Below are positions 11,139-20,450 of a stretch of DNA of 45,614 nt, one piece after another; positions within the stretch are counted from its first letter, which is position 1; each line of letters begins with the position of its first letter. The DNA is taken from positions 1 to 45,614 of the forward strand of contig CAYPAP010000003.1 of the NCBI GenBank assembly GCA_964408775.1, read 5' to 3'. Both the position numbers and the translations under genes were made by a program. The notes under the pieces were generated by a model that was not told the origin of the DNA, ran no database searches, and was given only the letters and a program-made list of their open reading frames with translations. This DNA is from an uncultured Gammaproteobacteria bacterium. GTDB lineage: Bacteria; Patescibacteriota; Patescibacteriia; Patescibacteriales; UBA12465.

Positions 11139-12365
11139 ATGAGTAAAATAATTACAGACTCTAAAATTATCGATGAATTACTAAGTCGGAGTGTGGTCGA
11201 GGTTTTGCCGTCCAAGGGCTTATTAAAAAAAGAATTAATGTCTGGTCGTCAACTGAAGTTTTATATTGGAGCTGACCCAACTGGCGCCGCCTTACATTTA
11301 GGGCATGCCACAAACTATATTATTTTGGAAAAATTTAGGCAATTAGGCCATAAAATCGTTGTTTTATTTGGTGATTTTACAGCTAGAATTGGTGATCCTA
11401 CTGATAAAATAGCCGCCAGAGTGCAATTAAGCCGAAGCGAGGTTGTAAAAAATACTAAAAACTGGAAGAAGCAATTATCTCCAATAATGAATTTTTCTGA
11501 TAAAAACAACCCTATTGAGGTCGCCTATAATCATGATTGGTTATCCAAGATGAGCTTTGAGGACGTTATAAATTTAGCCTCAACCTTTACTGTTCAAAGA
11601 ATGTTAGAGAGAGATATGTTTGAGAAAAGAATGAAGGAGGAAAAGCCGATTCATGTGCATGAATTTTTTTATCCCCTGATGCAGGGCTATGATAGCGTCC
11701 ACTTAGAAGTTGATGTAGAGCTTTGTGGTAATGATCAAAAATTTAATGCTTTGTGTGGGAGGACTTTATTAAAAAAATATAAAAATAAAGAAAAGTTTGT
11801 TTTTATTACTACTCTTTTAGAGAATCCCGTAACCAAGGAAAAGATGATGTCAAAAAGTCTTGGCACTGGTGTTTTTTTAGATGATAGTAATATTGATATG
11901 TACGGCAAAATTATGTCTCAGCCCGACGAGAATATTTCTCAGCTTTTTACCGATTGTACTTATGCTGATTTAAAGGAAATAAAAAACATGACCCAAGATT
12001 TAATAGACCAGGTTGTTAACCCCCGAGATTTAAAAATGAAATTAGCTCATGAAATAGTTAAAATTTTTCATGGAGAAAAATTAGCTCAAGAGGCGCGGGA
12101 TTATTTTATAAACACTTTTCAAAAAAAGGAAATCCCGGAAGAGCTTCCAGAGGTTTTATTGGAAAAAGGATCTAAGAAAATAGTTGATTTATTAGTAGAG
12201 ATTAAATTAGCCTCCAGCAAGGGCGAGGCCCGTCGTTTGATTGAACAAAAAGGTGTTAAAATCAATGATAATACTGTTAATGATATTAATATGGAGACAG
12301 AATTAGAGAATGGTTTAGTTATTCAAAAAGGCAAAAGACATTTTGTTAAGATAAAGTTAAAGTAA
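11139..12365 (+). CDS. tyrS: Tyrosine--tRNA ligase
   Basis: GADPT-HLGH, IGDPT, YPLMQGYD, MMSKS, C-terminal S4 domain. Confidence 0.96.
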   Translation: MSKIITDSKIIDELLSRSVVEVLPSKGLLKKELMSGRQLKFYIGADPTGAALHLGHATNYIILEKFRQLGHKIVVLFGDFTARIGDPTDKIAARVQLSRSEVVKNTKNWKKQLSPIMNFSDKNNPIEVAYNHDWLSKMSFEDVINLASTFTVQRMLERDMFEKRMKEEKPIHVHEFFYPLMQGYDSVHLEVDVELCGNDQKFNALCGRTLLKKYKNKEKFVFITTLLENPVTKEKMMSKSLGTGVFLDDSNIDMYGKIMSQPDENISQLFTDCTYADLKEIKNMTQDLIDQVVNPRDLKMKLAHEIVKIFHGEKLAQEARDYFINTFQKKEIPEELPEVLLEKGSKKIVDLLVEIKLASSKGEARRLIEQKGVKINDNTVNDINMETELENGLVIQKGKRHFVKIKLK

Positions 12366-12374
12366 TTTTTTGGT

Positions 12375-14048
12375 ATGATTCTAGATGAAATTAAAATTAA
12401 AATAGCTTCGGCCTTAAATATCTCTGAGAGCGACTTGGTCTATCCGCCCAATAGTAATTTGGGTGATTTTTCTTGGCCTTTATTTAAATTATCGCAGGAG
12501 AAAAAAATGTCTCCGGTGGAGATTGCTGAAAAAATAAAGAAAGATTTATTAAGTCGAGATGACCTGATGAATATTTTAGATAAAATAGAAATCGCTGGAC
12601 CTTATTTAAACTTTTTTATTAAACCCAACTTTTTAATAACTGAATTATTGAGAAATATTTTTTCTTATGGCCGGGACTATGGACAAAATAATGACGGTGA
12701 CGGCGAGCTTAGTATTTTTGAATTTTCTAATGTTAATACTCACAAAAATTTTCATATTGGGCACCTGAGAAATGTCTCCCTGGGTGATTCTTTGCGTCGT
12801 CTTCATAGTGCCAATGGTTTCAAATCTCATCCTGTCTCTTATGTTAATGATTTTGGCATTCATACTGCCAAGGCTATTTGGAGTTATAAAAAGTCATATA
12901 GCGATGATTTAAATAAGTGTTATAGTAACACTGTTAGGGAAATAAAGGAGAACCCTGACTTATTAAGAGAGATTTCTAAGATTATGTCAGATATTGAGGC
13001 TCGGCAAGGTAGTAATTATAAAATCTGGCAGAAAACTAGGAAGATGAGTATAAGAGAATTTAATGATATTTATAAAAAATTAAAAGTTAAATTTAAGAAA
13101 AATTATTTTGAGAGTGAGGTCATTGATAGGGGCAGGGAAATGGTTGATAGCTTTGTTAAGAAAAGAGTTTTGCGTAAAAGTGAGGGCGCGATTATTGCTG
13201 ACTTAGAAAAATATGATTTAGGGGTTTTACCAATTATTAGAAGTGATGGGACAGCCCTTTACCCAGTGGCTGATTTGGCCTTGGCTGAAAAAAAATTCAA
13301 AGATTTTAAGAAATTAAAAAACTCTTTTATAGTAGTTGATGTTCGACAGAGTTTGTACTTTAAGCAATTATTCAAGGTTTTAAGCTTGGTTGGTTATCGA
13401 CAAAATTTTGAACACTTAGCCTATGACTTCATTACTTTGCCTGAGGGGATGATGTCTTCTCGCTCGGGCAATGCTATCCCTTTTGTGGATTTATACCAGA
13501 AAGTTTTAGATAAGCTAATTATAGAAAGTAAAAAAAGGCATCCTGAGTGGAGTAATAAAAAAATCAAGAAAAATTGTGAGGTATTAACTATAGCTATTTT
13601 GAAATTTGAGATGTTAAAAGTTTCTCCTAAAAAAATTATTACTTTTAATATGGAAGAGGCCACTAAATTTGATGGCTTTAGTGCTTTATATATATTATAC
13701 GGATTAGTTCGTATTAAAAGTATCTTAAAGAAGGCCGGCTTTAAGCCTAGGGGAGTTAAAGGGATCGATTTCAGTGAGTTAAAAACCGAATATGAGAAAA
13801 AAATTTCCTTGAAGTTAGCAAAATATCCAGATATAGTTAGACGAGCTGGAGTTGATTTTGACCCTAGTGAAATTGCTAAATATTTGTTTGAATTATTTAA
13901 ATTATTTAGTGATTATTATCAAAATGTCAAAGTATTATCAGCTGAAAAAAATATTAAAAAAGCTCGCTTAGTTTTTATGGGAGCGATTGCCTTGGTGGCT
14001 GAAAACGCCCTAGGGATCTTGGGTATTGATAGTTTAGATGAAATATAA
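12375..14048 (+). CDS. argS: Arginine--tRNA ligase
   Basis: GPYLNF, FHIGHLRN, RSDGTALY, MSSRSG, DALR-type C-terminus. Confidence 0.93.
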   Translation: MILDEIKIKIASALNISESDLVYPPNSNLGDFSWPLFKLSQEKKMSPVEIAEKIKKDLLSRDDLMNILDKIEIAGPYLNFFIKPNFLITELLRNIFSYGRDYGQNNDGDGELSIFEFSNVNTHKNFHIGHLRNVSLGDSLRRLHSANGFKSHPVSYVNDFGIHTAKAIWSYKKSYSDDLNKCYSNTVREIKENPDLLREISKIMSDIEARQGSNYKIWQKTRKMSIREFNDIYKKLKVKFKKNYFESEVIDRGREMVDSFVKKRVLRKSEGAIIADLEKYDLGVLPIIRSDGTALYPVADLALAEKKFKDFKKLKNSFIVVDVRQSLYFKQLFKVLSLVGYRQNFEHLAYDFITLPEGMMSSRSGNAIPFVDLYQKVLDKLIIESKKRHPEWSNKKIKKNCEVLTIAILKFEMLKVSPKKIITFNMEEATKFDGFSALYILYGLVRIKSILKKAGFKPRGVKGIDFSELKTEYEKKISLKLAKYPDIVRRAGVDFDPSEIAKYLFELFKLFSDYYQNVKVLSAEKNIKKARLVFMGAIALVAENALGILGIDSLDEI

Positions 14049-14075
14049 TAAATTTTTAAATTAATGAAATAATAT

Positions 14076-15494
14076 ATGTCAAAAAAAATAAATTCTAAAG
14101 AGGTGGAGGTAAAGGGAAGCGAGGAATTAGATAAGATTGTATCTCTATGTAAGCGCCGAGGCTTTGTTTTTCCTTCCTCGGAAATCTACAAGGGATTTTC
14201 AGCTGTTTATGATTTTGGTCCTTATGGGATGGAGCTGGCCAATAATATTAAAAATGCTTGGCTTAAGGCCATGGTGCAATGGCGCGATGATGTTGTGGGT
14301 CTAGACAGCGCTATTTTTATGAGCCCCAAGGTTTGGGAGGCCTCTGGCCATGTCAAGGGTTTCTCTGATCCTTTAACTGAATGTAAAAAATGTCATAGTC
14401 GTTTGCGCTTGGATTCTTTATTGGAGGAACAGGGAATTTTTGCTGACGAAAAAATGACTGAAGATGAAATCAATAAAATATTTTCTGAAAATAAGGATAA
14501 AATTAAATGTCCTAATTGTGGAGCTCAGGATTTTAGCGAGGGCAAGAATTTTAATTTATTGGTTAAGTCTAATTTGGGAAATTTTACTGGTGACATGGAC
14601 AAGGAGTCAGTTTATTTACGAGGAGAAACTTGTCAGGGAATTTATGTTAATTATAAAAATGTTTTGGATTCTACTCGAGTCAAAATTCCTTTTGGTATTG
14701 CTCAAATTGGCAAGGCTTTTCGTAATGAAATTACCGCTCGTCAATTTATATTTCGCACTCGTGAATTTGAGCAAATGGAAATGCAATATTTTGTTAAACC
14801 GGAAGATGCTAAAAAATATTATCAGGAGTGGAAGGATTTACGTTGGAATTTTTATTTGGATTTGGGAATTAAGGAAGAAAATTTGCGCTGGCATCAGCAT
14901 GAGAATTTGGTTTTTTATGCCAAGGAGGCTTATGATATTGAATATAATTTCCCCTTTGGTTTTAAGGAGTTAGAAGGTCTGCATAATAGAGGTGATTATG
15001 ATTTAACTCAGCATAGTAAGCATTCTGGTCAAGATTTGAGTTATTTGGATCCTAGTGATAACAAGAGATTTATTCCCTATATCATAGAAACTTCAGCTGG
15101 TGTGGGGCGAACTTTCTTGGCTGTTTTATCTGATGCTTATTGTGAGGAAAAATTAGAAGGGGATGATAGCCGAGTGGTTTTGAAATTGAGTCCTAAGTTG
15201 GCTCCGATTAAAGTAGCGGTTTTTCCCTTATTAAAAAATAAGCCCGAGCTAGTGGCCAAGGCTAAGGAGGTTTTTGATATTCTGAAGAAAGAATGGCGTT
15301 GTGAGTTTGATGATAATGGTAATATTGGTAAGCGCTATCGTCGTCAGGATGAAATTGGAACCCCATATTGTGTGACGGTTGATTTTGATAGTTTGGAAAA
15401 GGGTGATGTCACCCTGCGTGATCGTGATACCATGAAACAGGAGAGAGTAAGTATCGGCGATTTAGTGAGTTTTTTGAAAGATAAAATTTGTTAA
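14076..15494 (+). CDS. glyQS: Glycine--tRNA ligase, homodimeric alpha2 type
   Basis: LCKRRGF, LRGETCQG, GKAFRNEIT, FRTREFEQME, IGKRYRRQDEIGTP. Confidence 0.93.
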   Translation: MSKKINSKEVEVKGSEELDKIVSLCKRRGFVFPSSEIYKGFSAVYDFGPYGMELANNIKNAWLKAMVQWRDDVVGLDSAIFMSPKVWEASGHVKGFSDPLTECKKCHSRLRLDSLLEEQGIFADEKMTEDEINKIFSENKDKIKCPNCGAQDFSEGKNFNLLVKSNLGNFTGDMDKESVYLRGETCQGIYVNYKNVLDSTRVKIPFGIAQIGKAFRNEITARQFIFRTREFEQMEMQYFVKPEDAKKYYQEWKDLRWNFYLDLGIKEENLRWHQHENLVFYAKEAYDIEYNFPFGFKELEGLHNRGDYDLTQHSKHSGQDLSYLDPSDNKRFIPYIIETSAGVGRTFLAVLSDAYCEEKLEGDDSRVVLKLSPKLAPIKVAVFPLLKNKPELVAKAKEVFDILKKEWRCEFDDNGNIGKRYRRQDEIGTPYCVTVDFDSLEKGDVTLRDRDTMKQERVSIGDLVSFLKDKIC

Positions 15495-15505
15495 TGATAA
15501 AAAAT

Positions 15506-15535
15506 AAAAAAGGCCCGGGCTTGCGCTCGGGCTCT
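15506..15535 (-). terminator. Intrinsic terminator for the 15560..16165 gene (possibly bidirectional)
   Basis: On the minus strand GCCCGAGC-GCAA-GCCCGGGC followed by CTTTTTT. Confidence 0.7.
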
Positions 15536-15559
15536 TGTGTTGTCTCCAATTGGTCGGGT

Positions 15560-16165
15560 TTATCCGATTTTGTTGACGACAACGAATTCGTTGGTACCAG
15601 GGATGGATGCGGAGAACACGGTGTTCTCCCTTTTTTTTCCCCCGATTTTAACTTCATGGGTGGTTTTGGTTGGGGTAAGGTATATGTAGTAATCTACAAT
15701 AACCTTAGTTTCTTTTGTGCGGGAATTCTTTGCTTCACGCACTATAATCTTCCCACTAACCTCCTCGCCAAATCTAATCTCGTGTTTGGCGTTTGGTTGT
15801 CCGGCGATCCTGTAGGTGCGGGTCACCAATTTTCCTGCGATCATGACACCATAGCGCCAGTAGGAGGGGATGATGATGATCTCCCCGCTACGCAGGAGCG
15901 TTAAGCCCGCTTCAACGAATTTCAGGAATTTTCCGTTCACCTGTGGTGTCCGGAATTTTACATTTTTGAAGGTTCCCAAGATCCTGTGATTCCAATCTGA
16001 AACCATAAGTGTTTCTTCGGATCCATCATCCCTTGTTTTTACTCCGACCACCACCCCGTGGTTGTCGTGAATAGCGACCCCACAACGGAGTCTTTCTACT
16101 AGTCCAGAGATTCTTTGGTCATTAATCCCTGTCGCTGTTTCTCTTGTTTTTGTTCTTGTCTCCAT
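15560..16165 (-). CDS. Orphan hypothetical protein (201 aa)
   Basis: ORF with its own promoter upstream and terminator downstream; GC above the flanks; no family recognised. Confidence 0.75.
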   Translation of the reverse strand: METRTKTRETATGINDQRISGLVERLRCGVAIHDNHGVVVGVKTRDDGSEETLMVSDWNHRILGTFKNVKFRTPQVNGKFLKFVEAGLTLLRSGEIIIIPSYWRYGVMIAGKLVTRTYRIAGQPNAKHEIRFGEEVSGKIIVREAKNSRTKETKVIVDYYIYLTPTKTTHEVKIGGKKRENTVFSASIPGTNEFVVVNKIG

Positions 16166-16194
16166 CTTTTTGGTTTTTGGTTTTGGGTTTTTAA

Positions 16195-16340
16195 TTAAAA
16201 TCTCCTTAGAAAATAAAAAGAGCGAAAAGACGCTTTTCTATTCTCTAAGGAGATTTTAAATATTTTTTTAAAGAACAGTTCGATTTATTGACTGCTAAAT
16301 CATAACCAAGAATTATAGCATACTTATTAAAAAAAGTCAA
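16195..16340 (-). promoter_or_regulatory. Sigma70 promoter + boxA-like motif + long leader hairpin
   Basis: TTGACT-17-TATAAT with TGn; TGTTCTTTAAAAA (16265-16277); perfect 16-bp inverted repeat 16195-16210/16244-16259. Confidence 0.72.
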
Positions 16341-16458
16341 GTCCTTGCGAAATTGCTGTGGTTAGTGGGGTGTTTTAGATTTATTTTGTTTCGTTAATTT
16401 TTGCAATAATATTTTAAAAGCCTTTAAAACAGCTTGTTTTTATTGGTTTTTATCAGTG

Positions 16459-16642
16459 TTGACAAATTTTTGTCTATATGCTACAATATTCAGTTAATTA
16501 AAAATAGAACTTTGACAAAAAGGTTTTTGAATTTGCTTATTCTTTGAGACTATAGATATTATTTATTTTTTTAATAACTACTATTTTATTGTAGTTTTAA
16601 AAAATAAGCAAATTCATTAATTATTTACTTAAAAAAGGAGGT
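16459..16642 (+). promoter_or_regulatory. Sigma70 promoter + boxA-like motif + long leader hairpin + strong SD
   Basis: TTGACA-17-TACAAT with TGn; GAACTTTGACAA (16507-16518); 14-bp perfect stem 16528-16541/16603-16616 extended by G-U pairs; AAGGAGGT. Confidence 0.75.
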
Positions 16643-16646
16643 TATT

Positions 16647-17270
16647 ATGATCATTTATTTGGCTGATGGGACTTATATCAACACAGATCCCGCCGCAGCT
16701 CCAACACCACCGGCACCAGCACCAACGCCGCCAGCACCAGCACCAACGCCGCCAGCACCAGCACCAACGCCGCCAGCACCAGCACCAACGCCGCCAGCAC
16801 CAGCTCCGGCACCGGCACCGAACATCAACACCCAGACCATCAATTTCCCCAACGGGATTTGGATGTGGATCCTCGGAATTGTTGCTATTCTGGCTATTGT
16901 GGCCATGGTGGCATTTTCCGGAGGTTTCGGTGGAGGCAAGAAAGCCGAGATGGAAGCCCTTAAGGCCCAAATCGAAGCGGCTGACGCTGAAGCCGACTTT
17001 GCCAAAGCCGAAGCCGCAAGGGCCCAGGCTGAGGCTGACAAGGTCAGCCGTAACTCCCGGAATAATTCCGGACGGCTAACCAAAGTGGAAGAAAGGATGG
17101 ATGTCCAGGATGAGCGCAATGCTCTTCAGGACCAGTTCAACCAGATACTGGTTGATAACACCACTCCTACTACCACTCCTGCCCCCGCCCCTGCTTGTCA
17201 GGACGGCGGTATTGAGAAAACTATAGCCACGATAGAGGCTCTTCAGGGCCTCTTGGACAAGATGGATTAA
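16647..17270 (+). CDS. Orphan Pro/Ala/Thr-repeat single-pass membrane protein with coiled coil
   Basis: Strong SD; (APTPPAP)x5, one hydrophobic helix, Ala/Glu-rich helical segment. Confidence 0.8.
   Translation: MIIYLADGTYINTDPAAAPTPPAPAPTPPAPAPTPPAPAPTPPAPAPTPPAPAPAPAPNINTQTINFPNGIWMWILGIVAILAIVAMVAFSGGFGGGKKAEMEALKAQIEAADAEADFAKAEAARAQAEADKVSRNSRNNSGRLTKVEERMDVQDERNALQDQFNQILVDNTTPTTTPAPAPACQDGGIEKTIATIEALQGLLDKMD
16698..16802 (+). repeat. 21-bp coding tandem repeat, 5 units
   Basis: GCACCAACGCCGCCAGCACCA identical four times (16719-16802) plus one degenerate unit. Confidence 0.95.
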
Positions 17271-17296
17271 CCATCTAAGTCAAATCATGGTCCACC

Positions 17297-17325
17297 AGCA
17301 GAGAATTGAAACCCTCTGCTTTTTT
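17297..17325 (+). terminator. Intrinsic terminator
   Basis: AGCAGAG...CTCTGCT followed by a T run. Confidence 0.75.
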
Positions 17326-17459
17326 ATTTTCTCAAACTAAATTCATCCCTAAATAATTTTTATTTCATATAAAATATCTATTAAAATATTTTAAATAATA
17401 ATTTACAAAAACATATATTTATCGCAAAAACCCCTGTTTTTAGGTATTTTATATATCTA

Positions 17460-17657
17460 TTGACAAAAAAATATTTATATGCTACAATTACAAGTTAAAA
17501 TTAGGTTCATTAACAAAATTGGTTGGTGTTTTAATTGTCTAGCAAGTCAATGATTTTAGGTAATTTTATTTAATTATTTTTTGTTGATTTACTAGACAAT
17601 TAAACTTTAAACTAACCAATAAATACGAGACCTCACGTGAGTAAAGTAAGCGTGAGG
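17460..17657 (+). promoter_or_regulatory. Sigma70 promoter + boxA-like motif + long leader hairpin + RBS-proximal hairpin
   Basis: TTGACA-17-TACAAT with TGn; GTTCATTAACAA (17505-17516); stem 17518-17620 with perfect 13-bp core 17530-17542/17592-17604; CCTCACG/CGTGAGG hairpin 17631-17657. Confidence 0.75.
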
Positions 17658-17665
17658 AAAAAACC

Positions 17666-18805
17666 ATGAGAAATTTTTTTGTAATTTTATTCGTTGTAGT
17701 GCCGTTGTGTATAATGGCACAGGAAATCACACCCTCCAGTTCTTTCGGAGACTTGCCGGTCGAGATGAAGGCCTTCATGGGCAACATCGAGATTGAGAAT
17801 AAGACCATCATTCAGGATTTGGTGCTCAAGGCGAGCCCCCTGTATCAGGACAATTATTTGAGTGGCAACTTCGGGACCATCCGTAACCGGGTTGAGTTCT
17901 CGAACATCGTCAACAAATCTACGGCCCAGTTCACATTTGTGAGTAGGGTAGTAAAGGTTGAGGGTGTTTACCAACTCGCTACGACCCCTCCGACCACCTG
18001 CGCCAGCGCCGATTCAGCCTTGATCAACACTTCTCTCATGAAGGATTTTAAGGCGAAAAAGTTGCTCGTACAGGCAGAGTTCACCAATCCCTTTACTGGG
18101 GAAAGGGTGAGAAAACTGTTGGAGATTAATTTTGATCAGAACTCAGAGCCGAATGGCGACGACATTCTGGCCAGCGCCTCCATTACCAGTGCCGACCTCG
18201 GCCTTAACGTACTTACGTTAAAGGTTGAGTCTCCAGTAGGGTTCACGTTTTCACTGCAGAACAAGCAGTACGACGTGAGCATGGTTATCAAGGCCGATGA
18301 CAAGGGAAGTCTTGAGTTTTTGGCTCCAGCCATGATGCCAGACGGAGTTTACGAGTTTGTCTGTCGCCTGGGGCTCCCCAATGGGATCTCCGGCGAGGAA
18401 AAAGTCACCGCCTTCGTCTCCAAGGGAGAAGTTATTCTGGAAGAATCCTCCTTTAATCCTCTGGCTTTTGCCAAGGGTAAAGCGACTTTCTCTGGAAAGA
18501 GGACTCTCGTTAAGATGCGCAACACGCGCAACGAAGACGTGACTGTTTTTATACCCGATGAGTACATAGCTCGGGGAAGGAGAGTGGACGTGGATATCCG
18601 GACTGACGCTTTTTTTGAAGGGGTGACCTGGAAAAGCTATAATATAGCGCCAGGTCAGACCCTCAAGTTGAGACTGAAGGAGTCATCGATTCCAACAATC
18701 GTCTACGGCAATAAGTCGAAGACGACCAGAATCCTTTACCTCCCAGTTGGTCAGAGGAATGTCTATCGGGCATACCTCAGTTGGGACCGCTGGGCATCCA
18801 ACTAG
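17666..18805 (+). CDS. Orphan exported protein (379 aa)
   Basis: N-terminal signal peptide (MRNFFVILFVVVPLCIMA-Q); GC clearly above the flanks; no family recognised. Confidence 0.8.
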   Translation: MRNFFVILFVVVPLCIMAQEITPSSSFGDLPVEMKAFMGNIEIENKTIIQDLVLKASPLYQDNYLSGNFGTIRNRVEFSNIVNKSTAQFTFVSRVVKVEGVYQLATTPPTTCASADSALINTSLMKDFKAKKLLVQAEFTNPFTGERVRKLLEINFDQNSEPNGDDILASASITSADLGLNVLTLKVESPVGFTFSLQNKQYDVSMVIKADDKGSLEFLAPAMMPDGVYEFVCRLGLPNGISGEEKVTAFVSKGEVILEESSFNPLAFAKGKATFSGKRTLVKMRNTRNEDVTVFIPDEYIARGRRVDVDIRTDAFFEGVTWKSYNIAPGQTLKLRLKESSIPTIVYGNKSKTTRILYLPVGQRNVYRAYLSWDRWASN

Positions 18806-18831
18806 AGTTATCTACCCCCCAAGGGGCACTC

Positions 18832-18859
18832 AAAGCGCTTGCTAGTCGAGCGCTTTTTT
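18832..18859 (+). terminator. Intrinsic terminator
   Basis: AAAGCGCTTG-CTAGT-CGAGCGCTTT followed by Ts. Confidence 0.78.
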
Positions 18860-18870
18860 ATTTTTAGCCA

Positions 18871-18899
18871 TTGACCACTATATCATTTTTTGCTATAAT
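18871..18899 (+). promoter_or_regulatory. Sigma70 promoter for the MBL-ndk-gyrA run
   Basis: TTGACC-17-TATAAT with TGn. Confidence 0.7.
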
Positions 18900-19088
18900 T
18901 ATTGTATAAACATTATCAATTCATCCAATCAATATTATTTTGTCTGGGATGTAAAAGGGCCTGTTTATAGGCATTTCAAGGAGATAAAAAGGCTAATAAA
19001 AGTTGGCTTTTTGTCTTTAAGTTGATTTTTGAATTTTATTTTTTTACTTTTAAGTTTTTAAAATAATTTATTTTTAAATTTTTATTAT

Positions 19089-19733
19089 ATGAATATTACT
19101 TACTTTGGTCATTCTTGTTTTAAGATTGAAGAAAAGATAAATGACCAGAATATTTCCATTATTACCGATCCATTCACTAAAGAGGTGGGGCTGAAGGTTC
19201 CTAATGTTGAGGCCGATATTGTCTCTATTAGTCACGATCATTTTGATCATAATAATGCCTCTTCATTGCGCGGAAATCCCTTTGTGGTTGATACAGCTGG
19301 AGAGTTCGATGTTAAGGGGGTCATTATTGAGGGAATCCGTTCTTATCATGACGACAATCAAGGGAAGGATAGAGGTGAAAATATTATTTTTCGTTTTGAT
19401 GTTGAAGGGCTTAGTCTGGCTCACTTAGGAGACCTAGGAGATGTTTTGGATAATAAGCAATTAGAAAAAATTGGTGGGGTTGATATTTTATTTATCCCCG
19501 TTGGTGGTAAATACACTCTTGATGCCAAGAAAGCCCTAGAAGTTATTTCCCAAGTTGAGCCCAGAATTGTTATTCCTATGCATTATAAAACTAAAGATTC
19601 AAAAATAGATATAGATGGTGTTGACAAATTTGTTAAAGAGCTAGGTATCGAGCCAAGTTATGAAGATAAATTAAAAATAAATAAAAAAGATTTACCGACT
19701 GAAGATATGCATCTGGTAATTTTTAATATTTAA
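19089..19733 (+). CDS. Metallo-beta-lactamase-fold hydrolase
   Basis: GHSCF, DPF, SHDHFDH, HLGD, IPMHY motifs. Confidence 0.9.
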   Translation: MNITYFGHSCFKIEEKINDQNISIITDPFTKEVGLKVPNVEADIVSISHDHFDHNNASSLRGNPFVVDTAGEFDVKGVIIEGIRSYHDDNQGKDRGENIIFRFDVEGLSLAHLGDLGDVLDNKQLEKIGGVDILFIPVGGKYTLDAKKALEVISQVEPRIVIPMHYKTKDSKIDIDGVDKFVKELGIEPSYEDKLKINKKDLPTEDMHLVIFNI

Positions 19734-19837
19734 AATAAAAATAATTAATAAATATTGTTGTTAGGATTTTTCTCTAATAATCAGAAATTAAAAAGATTTA
19801 AAAAGAAATACTCTAATAACATTAATAGCAAAAAAAT

Positions 19838-20446
19838 ATGAGCACAGTTAACCCCAAGAAAGAACAAACCTTTGTAATTTTAAAACCAGACTCTATCCAA
19901 AGATCTTTAATTGGTGAGCTTATTTCTCGCTTAGAGAGAACTGGTTTGAAGATGACTGCTATGAAGATGATGATGGCGACCGAAGATCAATGTTGGAAGC
20001 ATTATAATAAAGATGAAAAATGGTTTTTAGAAAAAGGACAAAAGGTTGTTGAAAACAGAGAAAAATCTGGCATGCCAGTAGAGAAAGAGGTTATTGAATA
20101 TGGACGAGATATTATTGACGCCTTGGTAAAATTTATGACTTGCGGACCAGTGGTTTCCATGATTTTTGAAGGTAACCAATCTGTGGCTATTGTTAAAAAA
20201 ATTGTTGGTGGAACAGAACCCACTACCTCTGATGTTGGAACCATTCGTGGAGATTTAACTTTAGATTCCTATGAATTATCAAATTTGGATAGTCGAGCCG
20301 TGCGTAATTTAGTTCATTGTTCAGATTCACCGGAAGAAGCTCAGAGAGAAATAAAACTATGGTTTAATGATGAAGAAATTTTGAAATATCGTTTAGTGTC
20401 GGAAGGTATATTATATGATGTTAATTTAGACGGAATCAAAGAATAA
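19838..20446 (+). CDS. ndk: Nucleoside diphosphate kinase
   Basis: TFVILKPD, GTIRGD, RNLVHCSDS with catalytic His. Confidence 0.93.
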   Translation: MSTVNPKKEQTFVILKPDSIQRSLIGELISRLERTGLKMTAMKMMMATEDQCWKHYNKDEKWFLEKGQKVVENREKSGMPVEKEVIEYGRDIIDALVKFMTCGPVVSMIFEGNQSVAIVKKIVGGTEPTTSDVGTIRGDLTLDSYELSNLDSRAVRNLVHCSDSPEEAQREIKLWFNDEEILKYRLVSEGILYDVNLDGIKE

Positions 20447-20450
20447 TAAA

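Noticed and set aside
15409-15904. ORFs 15488..15904 (+) and 15409..15657 (-)
   Set aside because: Both cross a terminator hairpin and overlap better-supported genes.
16698-16802. CRISPR array
   Set aside because: The repeats are contiguous with no spacers and encode an in-frame Pro-rich peptide; no cas genes are present.
16629-17119. Alternative-frame ORFs (Trp/Cys-, His/Gln- and Gly/Ala-repeat peptides)
   Set aside because: They are shadows of the 21-bp repeat; only 16647..17270 has a promoter, SD and terminator.
15506-18859. Integron cassette array or prophage
   Set aside because: No integrase, attC-like sites or phage genes were recognised, and the genes have their own promoters and mixed orientation.
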